The translations under genes and the position numbers were made by a program. A stretch of 63,702 bases of DNA, filler included, from Octopus bimaculoides (Eukaryota), in the NCBI RefSeq assembly GCF_001194135.2. It is 6 parts of 5 records of this genome, joined end to end, with 100 filler letters (N's around TTAATTAATTAA, not from the genome) between each part and the next. Parts side by side here need not be neighbours in the genome. Positions count along the whole stretch, not along the records: positions 48,893 to 63,702 come from NC_068983.1; 5 more parts are not named here. One strand, written 5' to 3'. Within the stretch, counting starts at the first letter, position 1, and the number at the start of each line of letters is the position of its first letter. The notes under the pieces are model-generated. The model searched no databases, was not told the DNA's origin, and saw nothing but the letters and a program-made list of their open reading frames with translations. Below, piece by piece: positions 52,633 to 61,497 of the stretch.

Positions 52633-52769
52633 CTGTTGGGGCTGCAAATCCCCGCCTATGTTTCAAAGTTCTCCTTTTGTGTTATGACAGCCATCAGCTT
52701 TTCATTGTCCCCACTCACTAGCACGAAATCCCGCTACTGCGCGGATGGTTGTTGTTGGAGTGACATTTT

Positions 52770-53470
52770 TTTTCCTTTTTTGTGTTTTTGATTCTGTTAT
52801 GGGTGTTTGTGATGGTGATGGTGCTTGTAGTGTTGGTGTTGTCATCGGTGTGTCTGTGTTTGCCGTTTCTGGGATTTCTCCCTTTTTTCTGTGTCTCTTG
52901 TTTTGGGTTTTTTTTTTACCTTTTGGGTTTCTCCTTCATCATCACTTGGATGCGTGGAGGAATCCGTGACTTGTATGTTTTTTTCTGATGTCGTTTGTTC
53001 TGGTTCTCTTGTAGTCGTTGTTGCTCCTACTACTGTAGCTTCCGCCACTGCTGCTGGTGCTACTCTAATTGCCACCTTTACTGTAACACCTGCCTGTTTT
53101 GTCTCCTCTTCCCAACGTGCATGGGAATAAGGGCGGTACGAATTATGGTACCTGTTGTCCCACCAGGCCTGAATTCATGGCGGATTCTCGCCTGCATTTG
53201 TACGGACGAGGGAGAAAATCTCCTTGGTGTTAAAAGATGGAGGAGGGAGATTTGGGTTGTGACTACCCTGGAAGTTCTTCTCCACGTGAAGCCAGAGCAA
53301 TTAGAGAAAGTCCCAGACCTGATTCCCCTCTCGAATGAAGTAGAACTAAGTGTGAACGTGGAGAGCAGAATGCTGAGCTACCACGATTGTGGTTCAACAG
53401 GCCACTTACAGTTTTCTGCCCACAGAACCAGAACAGAAGGGCAGAAAGAAATGTTCAAACGAAAGCACCA
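52770..53470 (-). mobile_element. Probable Tx1 ORF1 remnant
   Basis: Minus-strand KWPVEP...LL.TF...RRTSRV, a decayed zinc-knuckle-like GQQ region and a K/E/T-rich tail; resembles the ORF1 segment at 5533-5760. Confidence 0.5.
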
Positions 53471-53498
53471 CAACCCATGAGTCGGCAAAAACAAGAAG

Positions 53499-53593
53499 AC
53501 GAAGAAGAAGAAGAAGAAGAAGAAGAAGAAGAAGAAGAAGAAGAAGAAGAAGAAGAAGAAGAAGAAGAAGAAGAAGAAGAAGAAGAAGAAGAA
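53499..53593. repeat. (GAA)n microsatellite
   Basis: Direct observation. Confidence 0.99.
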
Positions 53594-53596
53594 TTT

Positions 53597-53855
53597 AAAA
53601 TTTTAGCACATGGCCAGCAATTTCGTGGAGGGGCTATGACGATTGCATCGATTCCAATACTCAACTGGAAATTACTTTATCGATCCCGAAAGAATGAAAG
53701 GCAAAGTCAACCTCGGTGGAATATGAACTCAGCTATTTATCCTCAGTTCAAATTCTGCCGAGGTCGACATTGTCTTTCATACTTTCGGGAGCGACGAAAT
53801 ATGTACCAGTCAAATACTAGGGTGGACGTAATTGGCTACACCTCTCTTCAAAAAT
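53597..53855. mobile_element. Head-to-head pair of 5'-truncated Meta-like SINEs forming an imperfect palindrome
   Basis: ...CCTCGGTGGAATATGAACTCAG-CTATTTATC-CTCAGTTCAAATTCTGCCGAGG... Confidence 0.85.
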
Positions 53856-54605
53856 TATTATAATCAGCAACGTATCAGCAACTGTCTCTTGCTCTGCTAG
53901 ATTAAAAGCAAATCTAGCAAGTATCTATGACTAAAAGTTGTTTTCTTCTTAGACACAGCACTTCTAGTTCTTTAGTAGTCAATGTAGTAAATATGTTATC
54001 AGCCACTTATGAACCATCTATAAATACGCTTCTCTGTGTATATTTGCTTTCTTTCAAGAGAGGTGAGTATGAAATCCGGGTAGTTTTATCGATTGACGGG
54101 CTAAAATTGCCTTAGAAAACATTTTGTTGATGTGTTATTTTACATTTAGAACGTTCGTTGAAATACTCACTCAGTCTCAGTCAACTGTGACGTTCATCAA
54201 CACAAAGTAGACAGAAAATAGAAGCGCGATGTCGTGAAGTACATTTTCTCACCTTGGTACGTTAGTCTCTGAGTTTATTCAGAATAAGTAACTTATTTGC
54301 ATATATGTAGATGTGATATGTAGTATAACTGATAATTAGTTTGTTATATCAAATGCGCTTTTTTTTTTACGAATTTCATGGCTAAATAAAAACAAAAAGA
54401 ATAAATCGACCATGACAGTGTTTGAACTCTAAATGGCAGTTAAAGAATCAATATGCTGCTTACATACAAGTTCACGAAGGTGCAGAATGGGAAATTGTTA
54501 TAATGAAGCATTAGTATTCCCAAAGAACATTCACCTGGGAATATAACAAAAGCGTGCTCGTACAAAGCAGTAGAGCACCAGGCTAAATATACTGCTTTTA
54601 AACAA

Positions 54606-54983
54606 GTTGTTGTTGTTGGCACTCTGTCGCTTACGACGTCAAGGGTTCCAGTTGATCCGACCAACGGAACAGCCTACTCGTGAAATTAACGTGCAAGTGG
54701 CTGAGCACTCCACAGACACGTGTACCCTTAACGTAGTTCTCGGGGATATTCAGCGTGACACAGAGTGTGACAAGGCTGTCCCTTTGAATTACAGGCACAA
54801 CAGAAACAGGAAGTAAGAGTGAGAGAAAGTTGTGGTGTAAGAGTACAGTAGGGTTCTCCACAATCCCCTGCCGGAGCCTTATGGAGCTTTAGGTGTTTTC
54901 ACCCAATAAACACTCACAACGCCCGGTCTGGGAATCGAAACCGCGAGTCCGCTGCCCTAACCACTGGGCCATTGTGCCTCCAC
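54606..54983 (-). mobile_element. Full-length tRNA-derived SINE (same family as 2853-3237)
   Basis: High identity to 2853-3237 over the full length. Confidence 0.92.
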
Positions 54984-55314
54984 TTTATACACGTATCAAA
55001 ACTGAAAATTGAATTTAATTTCCAGATACAAAGAAAATAATCTATTGACGAAAGTGATAGAAATTTGAGTTGACACTCAAGTTAGTAAGAGTGGCTATTC
55101 TGTATGACGTTGAAAGAAGCGATTACAGATGCTACTGGGGAACGTCTGCATCCTCTTGTTCCCAGACACGTGCACGTTATTTTAATTCATTACATTCAGC
55201 ATAAAATTGAGGGGGAGATGCTTTGACAGTTTTGATTTACAAGACAAAACAATATTTGATCGAGTTTCAAATTAGAATTTCAAAGTAGAACTAAAACCCC
55301 TATGCGGAAGAAAC

Positions 55315-55500
55315 ATAATCATACTTTCTACTATGGGCACAAGGACTGAAATTTAGCGGATGGAAGTAGTCGAATACATTAAACCCAGTACTTGATTGGT
55401 GGTTATTTTTTCGACCTTGGTGGAATTTGAACAGACGAAATGCCGCTAAGCATTTTGTTCGGCGGGCTAACGATTCTATCTGCTCACCGCTCTTTGAAGA
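55315..55500 (-). mobile_element. Meta-like SINE
   Basis: CTTTCTACTATGGGCACAAGG...CTAAGCATTTTGTTCGGCGGGCTAACGATTCT. Confidence 0.75.
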
Positions 55501-56220
55501 AACATAATACGAAACGTTCAGTCTGATGCCTTACTGCTTAGACAGTGACACTTTCTAAACATGCAAATAATTGATAATTTTAGGTAAGGCATCACATCGC
55601 GTATTTATTATGGAAATATAAATTTGTAATGTTCACGTATTAAAATGATTCGGTAGTAAAATAGAAATATAATAAATTGGGTAGCAAACAACTTTCAAGA
55701 ATTGGCTGTTTGTTTCTCTACCACACTTGCTATATACCTGAATGTCCGTTTCTTAGTCATACATTCCTTTGGCACACAAAGGACTTGAATGAAATTATAG
55801 TACTTGTTCTGATCAATGATTATCCGAACTGTTGATATAGTAACGAAGCTAAAGCACGGATAGTAAAGCTGCTTGGCACAGATTAGTCGTGAACACTGCT
55901 GTGCATGCGTACTAAGTGTTAACGTTCTAGCTAACTGCCGCTATTTGCAGAAGTGCTTGGAAGGAAGGTTTGTAGCGTGTGATCGTCGCACATTGACCAT
56001 GACGGAGAAAGTTGAGCAGAGAAACTTTATCAAATTTTGCCAAAACTTTGGCGATACCTACTTAGAGGCCTATGCAAAGTTCTCTAAAAGTTTTCATCGT
56101 TCTCGACACAATCCGAGAGATCTTGTGTAACTGAAACCCAAGTGTATTTTTAGTCAATTGAAAGCACTTTTCTACATTATTTACATTTGACGGATATTTT
56201 TCCTCATCTTGTTTATTGTT

Positions 56221-56266
56221 AACGCAACGTTTCAGCTGATATACCCTCCAGCCATCATCGGCTATC
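56221..56266 (-). ncRNA. Minimal type I hammerhead ribozyme motif (core variant CCGAUGA)
   Basis: Reverse: GATAG-CCGATGA-T-GGCTG-GAGGGTATAT-CAGCT-GAAACGTT-GCGTT. Confidence 0.6.
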
Positions 56267-56293
56267 TTGGGGAAATTTCAAACCTGGGTTCTC

Positions 56294-56364
<71 letters not shown>

Positions 56365-56447
56365 TCACTGCCTGTGACCTGAATAATAATAACAACAACA
56401 ACGAAAAATACCTTAGGAATGAGAACCCAGGTTTGAAATTACCCCAA

Positions 56448-56493
56448 GAAACTTGATGAAGGCTGGAGGATATATTAGCCGAAACGTTGTGTT
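56448..56493 (+). ncRNA. Minimal type I hammerhead ribozyme motif (core variant UUGAUGA)
   Basis: GAAAC-TTGATGA-A-GGCTG-GAGGATATAT-TAGCC-GAAACGTT-GTGTT. Confidence 0.65.
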
Positions 56494-57639
56494 AACAACA
56501 AATAAGATGAGGACAAATATTCGTCAAATGTAAATAATGTAAACGATCTACATAATTCATCTCTTAAATATAGAACTGAAAGCACTTTTGACACAAACTT
56601 AGCAGACACGTGACTCATGTTCAAATCTTCAGTGATAATGGACTGAACTGAACCGTAACTAATCTGTATATCCCCGGATAACTCACGGATAGCGATTCCA
56701 CGATTTCCCTTCACAGCTTCGCGCACATCTGCAATGTCTTTCTCAGATGTACTGGTTGCGAGTCTCCGAGAAAGTTCGACAATATCAACATTTTTTTCGG
56801 TAGTCTTGGAAACGTCTGAACCACTCGTACACTTGTGTGCAACTCATACAATCTTCTCCATACACTTTCTGCAACTTTGCACAGGCCCCTGAGCAGGTAT
56901 CGCCATGACAACTTGCTCTGTCATGGTCAATGCGACCATCATACGCTACACACCATCCTTTCAAGCACTGCTATAAATAGCGGAAGTGAGATATAATGTC
57001 AAAACTTAGTACGCATGCGCAGCAGAGTTCAAGGTCAATCTGTGCCAAGCGGCTTGACTGCGTGCTTTAGCTTCGTTACTATGACAACAGTCCAGATACT
57101 TATTGATCAGATCGCTTAGAAACGTAATTTCAACACATTAAAAATAATCATTTACAATTTGATTAATGTACAGAACATTGTACAGGGAAGCGTTAGAAAG
57201 TCTGTTTTACATTTTTACCTTTCTGTATCACATTAATGATGTAAATTTAAAATAAAACATTTAGAATAGATTATTGTAATAATTGAAACCGGATCTACAC
57301 TTCTCATTGACAGTTAATATATACTATATACTCGTACATATTGAAATAATAAGAAATACAGCGTTCTTATAGTAACCTCATTTCTGTGCGCCGTTCTTTT
57401 TTTCTGGAATCATTAATAAATTTATCCATCTTATGAGATCAGGGCAAATGTGAGAGAATTCTAGTTATAATATGCCCTGAGGTTAGCCTATTGAAATTAT
57501 GTCCTTTTCGTCTCTTTTTGTCTTCGCTTTTCTTAAAAGTTTAGAATCGACTTTTCTCTTTTATGAAAATTACTAATTAATTTTTTCTTTCTTTCTATTG
57601 CTATATAATTGAAAATTTTTCAAAGTTATAGTCTTTATT

Positions 57640-58110
57640 TAAATTACTTTGTATAAATTATTATCATTTTTGTTCCAGTTTAGTTTTGTTCATGTATGTT
57701 CCTTAACTCTTACAACTGGATTGATTTTGTTTGGTTTTTACTTTCTCTTTCTCTTTCTATGTTTTCTCAACTTTAACATTTTCCTTTACTTTTTTCTCAA
57801 TGTGTCGTTTCTATCTAATTTTATCCTCTCTTTATTTTCACTTTCTTTTCATACTTTCTCTCCTTTTCTTCTTCAAATCCACTTCTTTTTCTCTTCCCCT
57901 CCATTTCCCGTTCTTTTTCCTTCGGTCCCCTCCCATCCCGCCTCTTCTCCTCTTCTTTCTTCCTTTCTTTTCTCTTCTTCATGCTTCTCATCTCTTTCCT
58001 CCGCCCTTCTTCCTCTAGCTTCTCCTCTTCCTTTCTCTTCTCCTTTTATACTTTCCTCTTCATCATCGCCGTTGTCCTCTTCAACTTCTTCCTCAGCATC
58101 TTTTCCTTTA
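57640..58110. repeat. Pyrimidine-rich low-complexity tract
   Basis: T/C-rich degenerate repeats; the ORFs here are artefacts. Confidence 0.85.
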
Positions 58111-58554
58111 TAATATAGCAAATTTCCAGTTATAATGAAAGAGATTTGCTTTCCTAATCCAGAAAATAAAATTCAAGAAACATAAAAACACAAAGCTAAT
58201 TCGAGTTTAATTACAATTTATTTTATTTCATAGCTTTTATTCCATTTCCTGTTTTTTTTAAAAATTTTTATTAATTATCGTGTCTATTTCCAGTAATCTT
58301 TATCATCATTATTGTTAACACTAGCGTGAACATTATTCGCATCATAAACACTATCATCATCCTGAGTAGTATTGCCACTAGCATGATGGTGTGAGAGAAG
58401 TGATAGAGTTGCCAACTAAATGCCTTATAACGTTTACTTCTAAGATTAAAATACTCCAGGACTAATTTTTCTAGACTTCACAGGCACAAAATAAATATGA
58501 AATACATAGATATATGAATAAACATTTCTGACTTGTTGCTGCCTTTAATGATAA

Positions 58555-58775
58555 TAATCCTTTCTACTAAATGCACAAGGCCTGAAATTTTGGGGGCAGA
58601 GGACTAGTCGATTACATCGAACCTAGTACTCCACTAGTACTGAATTTATCGACACCGAAAGGATAAAAGGCAATGCCAACCTCGGTGGGGTCTGAACATA
58701 AAACATACAGACGGACCAAATGCTGCAAAGCAATTTTATCCAGCCTGTTAACGATTCTGCCAGCTCGCTGCCTTA
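58555..58775 (-). mobile_element. Meta-like SINE, near full length
   Basis: ATAATCCTTTCTACTAAATGCACAAGG...AACGATTCTGCCAGCTCGCTGCCTT. Confidence 0.85.
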
Positions 58776-58851
58776 AATAATAATTATTATTATTATTATT
58801 AGTTACATTATTTACAATTGATGGATATTTGCCCTCATCTTTTTTGTTGTT

Positions 58852-58897
58852 AATACAACGTTTCAGCTGATATACTCTCCAGCATTCATCAGGTGTC
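58852..58897 (-). ncRNA. Minimal type I hammerhead ribozyme motif (core CUGAUGA and GAAA intact)
   Basis: Reverse: GACAC-CTGATGA-A-TGCTG-GAGAGTATAT-CAGCT-GAAACGTT-GTATT. Confidence 0.7.
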
Positions 58898-59077
58898 TTG
58901 GAAAATTTCGAACCTGGGTTCTCATTCCTAAGGTATTTTTTCGATGTTGTTGTTGTTATCATCATCATTATCATTATTATTATTATTCAGGTCACTGACT
59001 GGAATCGAACTCGGAATCTTGGGGTTAAGAGCGCGGGCTACTAACATCAAGATTCCGAGTTCGATTCCAGGCAGTGA

Positions 59078-59151
<74 letters not shown>

Positions 59152-59210
59152 GCAGCAACAACATCGAAAAATACCTTAGGAATGGGAACGCAGGTTCGAA
59201 ATTTCCTCAA

Positions 59211-59256
59211 GACACCTGATGAAGGCTGGAGGGTATATCAGCTAAAACGTTGTGTT
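59211..59256 (+). ncRNA. Minimal type I hammerhead ribozyme motif (GAAA mutated to AAAA)
   Basis: GACAC-CTGATGA-A-GGCTG-GAGGGTATAT-CAGCT-AAAACGTT-GTGTT; stem I GACAC/GTGTT. Confidence 0.65.
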
Positions 59257-59341
59257 AACCACAAACAAGAAGAGGACAAATATCCGTTAATTGTAAATAA
59301 TGTAAATAATGTACGTAATTCCTCATCTCTTAATTATAGAA

Positions 59342-59427
<86 letters not shown>

Positions 59428-59434
59428 TAATAAA

Positions 59435-59466
<32 letters not shown>

Positions 59467-59492
59467 CAATAACAATAAGAATAATAATAATA

Positions 59493-60199
59493 AAACAGAG
59501 AATTAAGAATTTTTATTTGCAGCACAAGACCAAAGCCTCCCGACCAGAAATGATCAAAAACATAATGAATAGAAGCATAACAAGTAACTGCAGAATATGT
59601 TGAGACGGACAAGAAAAAATAAATCATAATATCTCTGGCTGCCCAATCCTGGCTAAGAAGGAATATATTCACAGACACGACAGAGCTGGGACCTATATAC
59701 ACTGAAAGCTATGCCAACACTATGAAATAACAACAGAAAAAAAGATGGTATAAACACACACCAGAAAAGGTCACAGAAAACGAAAAAGCAACCATACTTT
59801 GGGATAGGCCAATACACACAGATAGAGAAATCAAGGATAATAGGCCCAGCAGATTACAACGTTTCTCTAAAAGAAATGGAAAAACTTTCAAAATACAAAG
59901 ACCTGGAAATAGAGATAACTCGAATGTGGAATCTAAAAACAGAAACAATTCCTATCATAGTAGGCGCATTAGGTATGAAAAAAACATATTCAGACAAATA
60001 CATAACAAAAACACCAGGACTTACAAATATATATAACAATCAGAAAATTGCACTACTTGGCACTGCACACATCTTACGCAAAACACTTTCAATACAGTAA
60101 CCATAAGAGCATCACAGCAAACCTCAGCACATACCCAAGGCACACAGAGTTGCGCTCGGTAGTGAAGTGAAAGCACGCTATAAAAATAAAACTACTGAA
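59493..60199 (+). mobile_element. 5'-truncated R4/Dong-like LINE following a (TAA)n array
   Basis: CRIC.DGQE.INHIISGCPILAKKEYIHRHD, TPEKVTENEKATILWD, KLSKYKDLEIEITRMW, TIPIIVGALG, QKIALLGTAHILRKTLS. Confidence 0.92.
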
Positions 60200-60234
60200 T
60201 AACAACAACAATAAAAACAATGATAATTTTTGCC

Positions 60235-60645
60235 AGGAAAGTGCCAGGAAATACTACCAAGGAAACAAAAAGGATGTAGGAAGAGTTTTCAGGTTACAAG
60301 GATCACCTGGTCACCGATAAAACAGATTTGAGGTGTTGTAAAGACCAACATACAAACATGTCTATGGCTTGGATTCACTTTAAGAATACCCATAACAATG
60401 ACACATAGGAAAGTTAACATGGATTACCGATGTTGGAAGAAAGACCCATCATTGAACTATCTTCTGTTTATGGTTGACCTGATATTGTTTGGGAAATTTG
60501 AAAAACAGATTCCTTAACGAAAACAGTTCAGAATTTGGGTAGGGACATCGGTATGGAATTTGGGATCACCAAACGCTCAGTACTTAATGTAAAAAGAGGG
60601 AAGAAAGCAGCCTGCAGATGATTGCAGTTACCATCAGGATTGTCT
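60235..60645 (+). mobile_element. R4/Dong-like RT fragments
   Basis: ILPR.QKGCRK, KDHLVTDK, NMSMAWI.F, LLFMVDL.LFGK, DIGMEFGI.K..VL..KRGK. Confidence 0.75.
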
Positions 60646-61244
60646 AAATAGCTGCATCTCATTTCTTGTTTACATGTGACGTCTCGGATACAAAACGTCG
60701 TAACAAAATTAGTGCTGGCTTAATGTCTATAGAAAATCCGTAGCGATGACCTTAACACGTGATGTAAGTGCACTACTAACACAACAGTACACGGTTTTGA
60801 CACGTAAAACATTTAATATACTTTGTAGCATACTATGGTTGCATAACGAAATGCCGTGTACCTACATGTCATTAATATTCATCTCCAGCTAACAAAAGAG
60901 ATTCTTGGGCAGCAGATAGATTTGTTACAGATAGCAGTTAAACACCTCATTTTTTAACTTGTAGATCTTCCTTCAAGAAGATCTATACGTTCAAGTCGTG
61001 AGATCTGAAACGATTAATTGCAGATTTATTTTTAATACGTTCAGGCATGTACTGACGGAAAATACGCTGGTCTTCTTTTTGTGACTATAGTTTTTTTCCA
61101 ATAGACACGGCTCATTGACGTCCGGGATTCTGGGGCACCGACGTTAGACCATGTCGTGTCTTGTCAGTCAGAAGCAAAAGGATCATTGAGTCTAAACCAA
61201 GCCACTAACTTTGATTATACTCTCAGCCAAGTAATAAAGGGTAA

Positions 61245-61497
61245 AGGGCAAAGATTCAAGAATGACCATTAGATTACACCTACAAAGCTTCCCTCCGAGG
61301 TGCCAGTCCAGCCAAAGTTGTTTAGGGAAGACCAGCAGTCGCCTATGCATACCAGCCTCCTATCTCCGCGCCACCGATGTTATCCAAAGGAAAGACAAAG
61401 GCCGATACAGCTTGGCACCATTGGCATCTCTAGGGCTGAGTGAACTGCAGCAACGTGAAATAAAGTGTCTTGCTCAAGAACACAACACACAGCCAAG
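61245..61497 (-). mobile_element. 5'-truncated tRNA-type SINE
   Basis: Reverse TGTTCTTGAGCAAGACACTTTATTTCACGTTGCTGCAGTTCACTCAGC core, related to 42480-42550. Confidence 0.6.

Larger units (their letters stand above)
56172..56576. mobile_element. Palindromic hammerhead-bearing non-autonomous element, copy 1, with 13-bp flanking direct repeat
   Basis: Inverted arms around TCAGGTCACTGCCTGTGACCTGA; TGAAAGCACTTTT at 56159-56171 and 56577-56589. Confidence 0.88.
55808..57111. mobile_element. Mariner-derived foldback made of two convergent 5' ends
   Basis: Inverted arms 55808-56014 / 56909-57111. Plus ORF MTEKVEQRNFIKFCQNFGDT from 55999. Minus remnant from 56924: GDTCSGACAKLQKVYGEDCMS..QVYEWFRRF...IAIREL..DIQISYGSVQSIITEDL.MSHVSAKFV. 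Confidence 0.85.
58803..59345. mobile_element. Palindromic tRNA-head + (AAT)n + hammerhead element, copy 2
   Basis: Arms 58803-~59020 and ~59047-59305, roughly 90% identical by eye. Central head GGTTAAGAGCGCGGGCTACTAAC...GAGTTCGATTCC (B box). 40-nt right tail. Confidence 0.9.

Noticed and set aside
59022-59083. Functional tRNA gene
   Set aside because: It lacks the 5' acceptor arm and the anticodon stem is broken; it is a SINE-type head.
61105-61240. Possible coding exon (acceptor TTTTTTTCCAATAG, open frame TRLIDVRDSGAPTLDHVV...)
   Set aside because: Weak donor, no recognisable protein similarity and no partner exons.
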